A stretch of 32,584 bases of DNA from NCBI GenBank assembly GCA_024408305.1, contig JAKSVD010000001.1:1-32584 (forward strand), read 5' to 3'. Position 1 is the first letter of the stretch. Each line of letters starts with the position of its first letter. Positions 25,036 through 32,584 of the stretch are shown here, piece after piece. Both the position numbers and the translations under genes were made by a program. The notes under the pieces are model-generated. The model was not told where the DNA came from and did not search any database. It saw only the letters and a list, made by a program, of their open reading frames with translations. The DNA comes from Bacilli bacterium (lineage in GTDB: Bacteria > Bacillota_I > Bacilli_A > RFN20 > CAG-826).

Positions 25036-28000
25036 CTACATATCGATTGTGGATACGTTGATCATAGTCTCTTCAAGGACATCAAGAAGTGCGGCAACGG
25101 TATCTAAAGCGGTCAAGACTGTGACATAGTTTTCAACTGCGACCTGTCTAATGATGTATCCATCGCTTGCAATGTTGGTTGATGAGACGTGTCTGGTGTT
25201 GATGATGTATGTGACGTATCCCTGTCTAATAGAATCAAGGATTTCGTTTGAGCCTTCTGCAATCTTGCGTCTAACTCTTGTTCTGATGCCGTGTTCTTTT
25301 AAGAATGCAGCAGTTCCTGCGGTCGCTTCAATATTGAAACCGAGATTATAGAATCTCTTGATTAATGGGAGAGCCTCTTCCTTATCTTCATCTGCAATTG
25401 TTGCAAATACAGTGCCATATTGCTTGAGTTTTGTGCCTGCTGCCTGCATTGCCTTATATAATGCGCGATTCTTCTTATCGTCATATCCGATTGCTTCACC
25501 TGTTGATTTCATTTCAGGTGAAAGGTAAGCGTCTAAGCCTTTGAGCTTTGAGAATGAGAAGGCTGGGCACTTAACATACCATCTCTTCTTCTCTTCAGGG
25601 TAGATTGAGGTGAATCCCTGTGAGACGAGATCTTCGCCCATGATGACTTTTGTTGCGATATCAGCAAGTGAATAGCCGGTTGCCTTTGAAAGGAATGGAA
25701 CGGTTCTTGATGAGCGTGGGTTGACCTCGATGATATAGACATCATCATTTGAATCAACGATGAACTGGATGTTGTATAGACCGATGATTCCACAGCCAAT
25801 TCCGAGTTTTTCTGTATATTCCAAGACTGTTTTCTTGACCTTATCGGATAAAGAGAATGGAGGATAGACGGAAATTGAGTCACCTGAATGGATACCCGTT
25901 CTTTCAACAAGTTCCATGATGCCTGGACAGAAGACGTTCTTTCCGTCGCACACTGCGTCGACTTCAACTTCCTTACCCTGGATGTACTTATCGACTAAGA
26001 CTGGCTTGTCCTCATCGATTTCAACGGCTGTCTTGAGGTAGTGTCTTAACTGGCCTTCGTTTGCGACAATCTGCATTGCGCGTCCGCCTAAAACGAAGGA
26101 TGGTCTGACTAATACTGGGTATCCAATCTTTGCTGCTGCTTCAATGCCGTCTTCAATCTTCGTGACTGCACGTCCGGTTGGCTGTGGGATGTTGAGTTCG
26201 ATTAAGAGTTTCTCGAATGAGTCTCTATTCTCTGCTCTATCGATGCCTTCACAGTCAGTGCCGATGATGTTGACTCCTCTCTTCATAAGAGGTTCAGCAA
26301 GATTGATTGCGGTCTGTCCGCCTAATGTTGCGATAACGCCATATGGTTTTTCAAGTGCGATGATGTTCATGACATCTTCAACACATAATGGCTCGAAGTA
26401 GAGCTTATCTGATGTCGTGTAGTCTGTTGAGACTGTTTCTGGGTTATTGTTGATGATGATAGCCTCAAATCCGGACTTCTTGATTGTCATGACCGCGTGA
26501 ACGGTGGAGTAATCGAATTCGATGCCCTGACCGATTCTGATTGGGCCTGAGCCAAGAACGATGATCTTCTTCTTGTCTGAGACGATTGATTCGTTCTCCT
26601 CTTCGTATGTTGAATAGAAATATGGGATGTATGATTCGAATTCTGAAGCACAGGTATCGATCATCTTATAGACTGGGAAGATGTTGTTCTCCACTCTGAG
26701 GTTATAGACATCGATTTCCTTGACTCCCCATAACCAAGCGATTGCTCTATCTGAGAAGCCCATCTTCTTTGCGTCTTTTAAAACAACAAGGTTATTTGGG
26801 TTTTCTCTTAATTCATCTTCCTCACGGATGATGTTCTTGACCTTCTCGATAAAGAGCATATCGATCTTTGAGTATTCAGCGATAACGCCATAGTCGACTC
26901 TTTGACGGCAGAGTTCTGCAACTGCATAGATTCTATCGTCTGTACCAATCTTAATGTAGTCGAGTAACTGTTCTTTGGTCCAGCCATCGAACTTCTTCAT
27001 ATAGAGGTGGAATACGCCGATTTCAAGAGATCTAACGGCTTTTAGCAAGGATTCTTCAATGGTTCTGCCAATTGACATGACCTCACCTGTTGCCTTCATC
27101 TGGGTTGAAAGCTTATTGTTTGCGTCCGCGAACTTATCAAATGGGAAACGTGGCATCTTTGTGACGACATAGTCAAGTGAAGGTTCGAATGATGCAGGTG
27201 TGTTTGCGATTTGAATTTCATCAAGGTGCATGCCAACTGCGATCTTTGCTGAGACTCTAGCAATTGGGTAGCCCGATGCTTTAGATGCAAGGGCAGATGA
27301 ACGTGAAACACGTGGATTGACCTCGATGAGGTAGTATTTGAATGAGAGAGGGTCTAATGCGAACTGAACGTTGCATCCACCTTCAATCTTAAGAGCACGG
27401 ATGATCTTGAGAGCGGAGTCTCTAAGCATGTGGTACTCTTTGTTGGTTAATGTCTGAGATGGGCAAACGACGATTGAATCACCTGTGTGGATGCCAACTG
27501 GGTCGATGTTTTCCATGTTACAGATGGTGATTGCAGTGTCGTTTGAATCACGCATGACTTCGTATTCGATTTCCTTATAGCCTTTGATTGATTTCTCAAC
27601 TAAGACCTGATGGACTGGGGATAATGATAATGCATTCTTCATTATCTCAATAAATTCTTCGTCGTTATCTGCAAAACCACCGCCGGTGCCACCTAATGTG
27701 AAGGCTGGTCTCAAGACGACTGGATATGTGATTTCATGAGCTGCAGCAAGTCCTTCTTCCATTGAGTTTGCAATCATTGATGGAAGGACTGGTTCGCCTA
27801 AGTCGATGCAGAGCTGTTTGAAGAGTTCTCTATCTTCTGCTTTTGCAATTGATTCTGATGATGTGCCAAGCAATTCGACCTGGCATTCTCTAAGAACGCC
27901 TTTCTTTTCAAGGGAAATTGCAAGGTTAAGTCCAGTCTGACCACCGATTCCTGGGAGGATTGCGTCTGGTCTTTCGTGACGGATGATCTTTGCCATGTAC

Positions 28001-28215
28001 TCTAAGGTTAGAGGTTCCATGTAGATCTTATCTGCAACTGCCTTGTCGGTCATGATGGTTGCAGGGTTCGAGTTACAAAGGACAACTTCGTAACCTTCTT
28101 CTCTTAAGGCTAAGCAAGCCTGTGTGCCTGCGTAGTCGAATTCGGCTGCCTGTCCAATGACGATTGGTCCTGAACCGATAACGAGAATTTTATGGATGTC
28201 TGTTCTCTTAGCCAT
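25036..28215 (-). CDS. carB: Carbamoyl-phosphate synthase large subunit
   Basis: 1059 aa with two ATP-grasp halves (each with GSGPI.IGQ..EFDY... and EVNPR.SRS motifs) and a C-terminal MGS-like domain. Confidence 0.97.
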   Translation of the reverse strand: MAKRTDIHKILVIGSGPIVIGQAAEFDYAGTQACLALREEGYEVVLCNSNPATIMTDKAVADKIYMEPLTLEYMAKIIRHERPDAILPGIGGQTGLNLAISLEKKGVLRECQVELLGTSSESIAKAEDRELFKQLCIDLGEPVLPSMIANSMEEGLAAAHEITYPVVLRPAFTLGGTGGGFADNDEEFIEIMKNALSLSPVHQVLVEKSIKGYKEIEYEVMRDSNDTAITICNMENIDPVGIHTGDSIVVCPSQTLTNKEYHMLRDSALKIIRALKIEGGCNVQFALDPLSFKYYLIEVNPRVSRSSALASKASGYPIARVSAKIAVGMHLDEIQIANTPASFEPSLDYVVTKMPRFPFDKFADANNKLSTQMKATGEVMSIGRTIEESLLKAVRSLEIGVFHLYMKKFDGWTKEQLLDYIKIGTDDRIYAVAELCRQRVDYGVIAEYSKIDMLFIEKVKNIIREEDELRENPNNLVVLKDAKKMGFSDRAIAWLWGVKEIDVYNLRVENNIFPVYKMIDTCASEFESYIPYFYSTYEEENESIVSDKKKIIVLGSGPIRIGQGIEFDYSTVHAVMTIKKSGFEAIIINNNPETVSTDYTTSDKLYFEPLCVEDVMNIIALEKPYGVIATLGGQTAINLAEPLMKRGVNIIGTDCEGIDRAENRDSFEKLLIELNIPQPTGRAVTKIEDGIEAAAKIGYPVLVRPSFVLGGRAMQIVANEGQLRHYLKTAVEIDEDKPVLVDKYIQGKEVEVDAVCDGKNVFCPGIMELVERTGIHSGDSISVYPPFSLSDKVKKTVLEYTEKLGIGCGIIGLYNIQFIVDSNDDVYIIEVNPRSSRTVPFLSKATGYSLADIATKVIMGEDLVSQGFTSIYPEEKKRWYVKCPAFSFSKLKGLDAYLSPEMKSTGEAIGYDDKKNRALYKAMQAAGTKLKQYGTVFATIADEDKEEALPLIKRFYNLGFNIEATAGTAAFLKEHGIRTRVRRKIAEGSNEILDSIRQGYVTYIINTRHVSSTNIASDGYIIRQVAVENYVTVLTALDTVAALLDVLEETMINVSTIDM

Positions 28216-29305
28216 TGATCTTTGCCTCCTTCATGAGTTCGATGAACTGATCGAATAAATATGCGCTGTCCTGTGGGCCAGGTGCTGATTCTGGGTGGTA
28301 CTGAACTGAGAAGACCTTATCTTCAACACACTCAGCTCCTTCAACTGTGTTATCCAAAATGTTGATGTGTGTTGCAACTAATCCAGTTCCCTTGATTGAA
28401 TCAAGGTCAACTGCGTATGAGTGGTTTTGTGAAGTGATTTCAACCTTGCCAGTCTTAAGATTCTTGACTGGATGGTTACCTCCGCGGTGTCCAAACTTAA
28501 GTTTGTATGTTTTGCCGCCATAAGCTAAGGAAATGATCTGGTGTCCTAAGCAGATACCGAATATTGGGTATTTGCCGCGCAATTTCTTAACCATCTCGAT
28601 GACAGGTGTTGCATCTTCTGGATCGCCAGGTCCGTTTGAAATGAAGATTCCATCTGGATTCATTTCAACGATTTTTGTGTAATCCATGTCATAAGGGACG
28701 ACTGTCACATTGCAGCCTCTCTTATTCAATGAACGTACGATGTTGAGTTTAATTCCGCAGTCGATTGCAACGACATTGAACTGAGCGTCCTGGCATCTTG
28801 CATACCATCTCTTTTTGCATGAGACGAGTTTGACTGCCTCGTGATCGATTGGGGTATTCTTGATAATTTGGATACCTTCCTCCACTGTTGTATTAACGTT
28901 GGTGATGAGGACTCTTCTTGAACCTTTATCACGGATTGAACGTGTAAGCTTTCTTGTGTCAATTCCATAGACACCAACGATGTGGTTCTCTTCCATAATT
29001 TCGCCAAGTGTCTTGGTGTAACGGAAGTTTGATGGGAAGTCGTTATATTCTCTAACAATCAATCCACCGATTGTTGGAACCTTTGTCTCGTTATCTTCAT
29101 CTGTAATGCCGTAGTTTCCAATTAATGGATATGTCATACAGACTGTCTGATATGTGTAGGATGGGTCAGAAATGATTTCCTGATAACCTACCATAGATGT
29201 GTTGAAGACGATTTCTGTAACCTTATCCTCGTTAGCGCCGAATGAATAGCCATAGTATTCTTCGCCGTCTTCAAGGATGATCTTCTTGTCGAACTCTTTT
29301 ACCAT
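28208..29305 (-). CDS. carA: Carbamoyl-phosphate synthase small (glutaminase) subunit
   Basis: 365 aa with the catalytic-Cys motif GICLGHQ and the distal YHPES motif. It overlaps carB by 8 nt. Confidence 0.95.
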   Translation of the reverse strand: MVKEFDKKIILEDGEEYYGYSFGANEDKVTEIVFNTSMVGYQEIISDPSYTYQTVCMTYPLIGNYGITDEDNETKVPTIGGLIVREYNDFPSNFRYTKTLGEIMEENHIVGVYGIDTRKLTRSIRDKGSRRVLITNVNTTVEEGIQIIKNTPIDHEAVKLVSCKKRWYARCQDAQFNVVAIDCGIKLNIVRSLNKRGCNVTVVPYDMDYTKIVEMNPDGIFISNGPGDPEDATPVIEMVKKLRGKYPIFGICLGHQIISLAYGGKTYKLKFGHRGGNHPVKNLKTGKVEITSQNHSYAVDLDSIKGTGLVATHINILDNTVEGAECVEDKVFSVQYHPESAPGPQDSAYLFDQFIELMKEAKING

Positions 29306-30492
29306 ACTTTCTTTCCTCCGTAATATGTTGCTACGTTTTTGCCGTAGACTTTAGTATTCAAGAAAGGTGTTGCCTTTCCTTTTGATAACATTGATTCTTT
29401 TGTGATTTCCACTTCTTCATCTAATTTCCAGATTGAGAAGCCATTTACCGGGATATTGAATCGTTTGCTTGGATTTTTAACCAATAAATCGATTAATTTC
29501 TCTAATGTGATGATTCCCTTCTTAACCAAATGGGTATAGAGGAGAGGGAATGCATATTCGATTCCCACAATTCCAAATGGGGATTTCTCTAATCCTCTAG
29601 ATTTCTCTTCCTCACTATGTGGGGCGTGATCGGTTGCTATGCAATCGATTGTGCCATCTAAGATGCCTTGGATTAGTGCTTTTCTATCTTCGCTTGATCT
29701 TAAAGGAGGATTCATCTTCCAGTAGCCATGCTCCTGAAGATCGTTTTCGTCTAATATCAGATAGTGAGGCGCGGTTTCGCAGGTAACGTTAACGCCTTCC
29801 GCTTTAGCTTTGCGGATGATCTCAACGCTCTCTTTGGTTGAGATGTGACAAACGTGATATGCACATCCGGTTTCTTTTGAGAGCCTTACGTCTCTAGCGA
29901 TTTGTTCATACTCGCTAGCAGAACAGATACCTCTATGTCCGTGTTCTTTAGCGTATATTCCATCATGGATATAACCGCCTTTAAGAAGTGAGTTAACTTC
30001 GCAGTGGGCAACAATCATCTTTCCAAGTGATTTTGCTTTAAGCATTGCAGCTCTCATCATCTCTTCTTCCTGGACGCCGCGTCCATCGTCCGAAAAGGCA
30101 GTGACATTATTTGCCATTCCTTCCATGTCTGCGAGTTGTTCGCCTTTTTCTCCAACGGTTATCGCACCGTATGGAAGGACATTGATTACTGCGTCCTTTT
30201 TGATGATGTCTAATTGTTCCTTTAGATGTTCTACTGAATCAGGAACTGGATTAAGGTTTGGCATGGTAAGTACGCTTGTGTAACCTCCATGTGCAGCTGC
30301 CTTGCTTCCCGTTTCGATGGTTTCCTTATAGGAGAAACCAGGCTCTCTAAAGTGAACATGGACGTCGATGAATCCAGGGAAGATTGTGTATTCTTCACCG
30401 AATTCTTCTAAAGAAAAACCGGACATTAAATTCGACAGGTCAATGGACTTGTCACTTCCGGTTATTACTTTAGCTTTAATTGATTCGCTCAT
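29299..30492 (-). CDS. pyrC: Dihydroorotase
   Basis: 397 aa with the metal-binding motif DVHVHFREPG and the distal ATDHAPH motif. Ribosome-binding site AAAGGAG (30505..30499). Confidence 0.93.
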   Translation of the reverse strand: MSESIKAKVITGSDKSIDLSNLMSGFSLEEFGEEYTIFPGFIDVHVHFREPGFSYKETIETGSKAAAHGGYTSVLTMPNLNPVPDSVEHLKEQLDIIKKDAVINVLPYGAITVGEKGEQLADMEGMANNVTAFSDDGRGVQEEEMMRAAMLKAKSLGKMIVAHCEVNSLLKGGYIHDGIYAKEHGHRGICSASEYEQIARDVRLSKETGCAYHVCHISTKESVEIIRKAKAEGVNVTCETAPHYLILDENDLQEHGYWKMNPPLRSSEDRKALIQGILDGTIDCIATDHAPHSEEEKSRGLEKSPFGIVGIEYAFPLLYTHLVKKGIITLEKLIDLLVKNPSKRFNIPVNGFSIWKLDEEVEITKESMLSKGKATPFLNTKVYGKNVATYYGGKKVW

Positions 30493-30500
30493 CCTATTCT

Positions 30501-30530
30501 CCTTTCCGACCTCTCTGGATCGATTTAAAG
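30501..30530 (-). promoter_or_regulatory. Consensus-type PyrR-binding RNA element in the pyrR-pyrC spacer, overlapping the pyrC Shine-Dalgarno sequence
   Basis: The minus-strand RNA reads CUUUAAAUCGAUCCAGAGAGGUCGGAAAGG and contains the PyrR-box core UCCAGAGAGG (30519..30510). Its 3' flank GAAAGG runs into the ribosome-binding site AAAGGAG. The spacer is only 41 nt and has no terminator. Confidence 0.7.
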
Positions 30531-30533
30531 TCT

Positions 30534-31064
30534 TTACTGATTGATTATGTAAACGCCCTTGTCTTCACTTGATAATGAGACTTGGACTTTTTCAGTCTTT
30601 GCGGTTGGAATGTTCTTTCCAACGTAATCTGGTCTAATTGGAACCTCTCTATGTCCCCTATCAACCAAGACTGCGTATTGAACGATTCTTGGTCTACCGA
30701 TAGAGAAGAGAGTCTCAAGAGCTGCTCTTGCGGTTCTTCCGGTATAAAGGACGTCGTCAACGATGATGACAATCTTATCGAAGAGATCGCATGGAATGTT
30801 GCTCTCTGTTGCTTTGGCCTTTTTCATTTCGAATGTATAGTCGTCTCTATGCATAGTGACGTCAAGCGAGCCAGTTGGAACATCGACATCTTCGAAGCGT
30901 CTGATGTTAGCTGCTAAGGTCTTAGCAATCTCAATGCCTCTATTCTTGATGCCTAAGATAACGACATCTTCGACTCCATTATTCTTCTCGATGATTTCGT
31001 GAGTCATGCGAGCTAAGGTGCGGGTGATGGTAGCTTCATCCATTATTTGATGCTTACGTTCCAT
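30534..31064 (-). CDS. pyrR: Bifunctional pyrimidine operon regulator / uracil phosphoribosyltransferase PyrR
   Basis: 176 aa with the PRPP loop IVIIVDDVLYTGRTARAA and an N-terminus like TLARMTHEIIE. GGAGG ribosome-binding site 6 nt upstream. Confidence 0.93.
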   Translation of the reverse strand: MERKHQIMDEATITRTLARMTHEIIEKNNGVEDVVILGIKNRGIEIAKTLAANIRRFEDVDVPTGSLDVTMHRDDYTFEMKKAKATESNIPCDLFDKIVIIVDDVLYTGRTARAALETLFSIGRPRIVQYAVLVDRGHREVPIRPDYVGKNIPTAKTEKVQVSLSSEDKGVYIINQ

Positions 31065-31077
31065 TGTCTTCCTCCAG

Positions 31078-31108
31078 AAAAAAGGTCCCGTCCATGCGTG
31101 ACGAGACC
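31078..31108 (-). terminator. Leader (attenuator) terminator upstream of pyrR
   Basis: The minus-strand RNA reads GGUCUCGUC-ACGCAUG-GACGGGACC (9-bp stem with one G-U pair) followed by UUUUUU. It ends immediately 5' of the pyrR ribosome-binding site. Confidence 0.75.
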
Positions 31109-31135
31109 TGAAGCTACACTGATTTTGCTTTCAAA

Positions 31136-31165
31136 CCTTTTCGACGTCACGGCATCGACTTAAAG
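31136..31165 (-). promoter_or_regulatory. PyrR-box-like leader element with a diverged loop; candidate anti-antiterminator
   Basis: The minus-strand RNA reads CUUUAAGUCGAUGCCGUGACGUCGAAAAGG. It is 24/30 identical to the pyrR-pyrC box and the same length, but the loop is GCCGUGACG in place of CCAGAGAGG. GUGACG (31150..31145) can pair with CGUCAC (31103..31098) in the terminator's 5' arm. Confidence 0.45.
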
Positions 31166-31181
31166 TTTTTCCGCTCCTTAT

Positions 31182-31208
31182 ATTATAATTAATATATGCA
31201 TTAGTCAA
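31182..31208 (-). promoter_or_regulatory. Putative sigma-A promoter of the pyr operon
   Basis: Minus strand has TTGACT (31208..31203) and either TATAAT (31187..31182, 15-nt spacer) or the overlapping TAATAT (17-nt spacer). Confidence 0.55.
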
Positions 31209-31300
31209 TTAGGCATTCTTGAAAGCGTTTCATTGATGAATGACATCTTTTTAATTAATTAAGCGATTAGGATTTTTTACTTTGCAAAACTGGAATATTT

Positions 31301-32584
31301 TTAGATTTTATACTCTTCTAGATTAATGATTCTAGTTGCCACTCCTTTATAGAAATCCTCTTCATGGGAGACAAGAATCACCGTTCCTGGATACGCTTGA
31401 ATCGCTTCTTTTAATGATTCTTTTGCTAGAACATCAAGATGATTGGTAGGCTCGTCTAAAATCAAAATATTAGATTTTTGAATCGTTAATTTGCAGAGTC
31501 TGACTTTAGCGTTTTCTCCACCAGACAAGGCAATCATATATGAATCGATGTTGTCTTTTGTTAAACCACATGATGCCAACGCTCCCATTACCTGACCGAT
31601 ATTAAGGGAAGGGAACTCATCGTATATTTCATTAAATGCAGTCTTGTCCTTGCATTCTTCTTCCTGTTGGAAATACCCAATCTCGGTATTTGAACCAACA
31701 ACCACTTCACCAGATATCGGCTTGATTAAGCCGGTTATGGACTTAAGGAGTGTGGTCTTACCAATGCCGTTCACACCTTTAATTGCTATCTTTTCACCTC
31801 TATTTATTTCTAGATTGATCGGTTTAGTTAACGGGAAAGAATATCCAATAACCAAATCTTTGCAGTTAAATACAATTTTAGATGTATTTACGTTATCCAT
31901 TTTGAATACGAAGTTAGGTTTAATCTTCTCGCTTGCCTTTTCGATGACTTCCATTCTATCGAGTCTCTTTTGAAGAGAACTTGCTAAGCCTCTAGTTGCT
32001 ACACGCGCCTTGTTGCGGGCTATGGTATCTTCCATTCTCGCGATCTCTCTTTGCTGTGCATTATATGCATCCTCTGCCTGGCGTTTCTTGATCTCTGAGT
32101 TTTTAAGATAGAAATCGTATCCACCTTTGTATCTATTCATAGTCTGGTCTTCCAAATGATAGACAACATTAATGACATCCCTTAAAAATGCCTCGTCATG
32201 GGAGATAAGAATAAATGCGTTACCAAACTCCATTAGATAGTTTTTAAGCCATTTCACTTGGTATTCGTCTAAGAAGTTTGTAGGTTCATCTAAAACTAGA
32301 ATATTAGGGTTTTGTAGCAATAACTTAGCCAAAAGTACCTTAGAACGCTGTCCACCACTTAAAGCAGTTACATCTTTGTCTAGGCCAAAATCGGAGACTC
32401 CTAAGCCTCTAGCAACTTCCTCGATTTTTACGTCGATTAAATAGAAACCCGATTGTTCAAGGTATGATGATATTTCTCCAGCATCCTGCATGATTTTATC
32501 GAGTTCATCACCTTCTGCTTCACCCATCTTCATGTAGGCTTCATTCATTTCAGCTTCTAGAGCATACATGTCCTCGAAAGCTTC
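31301..32584 (-). CDS. ABC-F family ATPase (two-NBD translation-factor type). Partial: the N-terminus lies beyond the right window edge.
   Basis: The frame stays open to the window edge (EAFED precedes the track Met). NBD1 has signature LSGGQRSKVLLAKLL and Walker B ILVLDEPTNFLD. A charged inter-domain linker follows. NBD2 has Walker A GVNGIGKTT, signature LSGGENAKVRL and ILILDEPTNHLD. Confidence 0.88.
   Translation of the reverse strand, partial: EAFEDMYALEAEMNEAYMKMGEAEGDELDKIMQDAGEISSYLEQSGFYLIDVKIEEVARGLGVSDFGLDKDVTALSGGQRSKVLLAKLLLQNPNILVLDEPTNFLDEYQVKWLKNYLMEFGNAFILISHDEAFLRDVINVVYHLEDQTMNRYKGGYDFYLKNSEIKKRQAEDAYNAQQREIARMEDTIARNKARVATRGLASSLQKRLDRMEVIEKASEKIKPNFVFKMDNVNTSKIVFNCKDLVIGYSFPLTKPINLEINRGEKIAIKGVNGIGKTTLLKSITGLIKPISGEVVVGSNTEIGYFQQEEECKDKTAFNEIYDEFPSLNIGQVMGALASCGLTKDNIDSYMIALSGGENAKVRLCKLTIQKSNILILDEPTNHLDVLAKESLKEAIQAYPGTVILVSHEEDFYKGVATRIINLEEYKI

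Noticed and set aside
31251-31262. The palindromic run TTAATTAATTAA between the ABC-F gene and the pyr promoter.
   Set aside because: It is a low-complexity AT repeat that provides stop codons in several frames. It has no GC stem and no flanking structure, so it is not convincing as a terminator or operator.
1-32584. Signs of an alternative genetic code (UGA as Trp, as in Mollicutes) or programmed frameshifts.
   Set aside because: All conserved genes translate full-length under the standard code, with TGG for Trp and no in-frame TGA. No conserved gene appears split.

Overview
This 32.6-kb window comes from a low-GC Gram-positive (Bacillota-type) chromosome using the standard genetic code. 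Most genes have strong GGAGG-type ribosome-binding sites. It is mostly housekeeping, and I saw no rRNA, tRNA, CRISPR array, transposase or integrase.

Gene content, left to right:
- A minus-strand sufC-sufD-sufS-sufU-sufB Fe-S assembly operon, tightly followed by mnmG, which runs off the left edge.
- Two tandem plus-strand lipoprotein genes, apparently highly expressed, whose products look like PrsA/parvulin foldases.
- A HIT-family gene, yhaM, recX, a flippase-like (MprF transmembrane-domain-like) membrane protein, an unknown membrane protein with an acidic linker, a ThrE-family exporter, an alpha/beta-hydrolase lipase, and a DUF1846/UPF0371 gene.
- A complete nine-gene minus-strand pyrimidine operon: pyrR-pyrC-carA-carB-pyrK-pyrD-pyrF-pyrE-pyrB.
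- A truncated ABC-F ATPase gene at the right edge.

The one clearly accessory element is an AT-rich gene for a HipA-like kinase with no partner gene (19555..20850). It is bracketed by two 35-bp direct repeats (33/35 identical), each containing an 8-bp-arm inverted repeat, and it sits exactly between two convergent terminators.

Other points worth follow-up:
- Three genes lacking a ribosome-binding site share the geometry TGATAnnnT-N6-ATG, which fits leaderless mRNAs.
- A consensus PyrR box overlaps the pyrC ribosome-binding site with no terminator, while the pyr leader attenuator carries a diverged copy of the same 30-nt box.
- PyrB is fused to a PyrI-type zinc domain only.
- The first lipoprotein has a parvulin domain stretched to about 324 residues.
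- A 16-bp perfect palindrome sits inside the lipoprotein promoter.

Everything here rests on reading the sequence by eye and on motif recall. No database searches were run.
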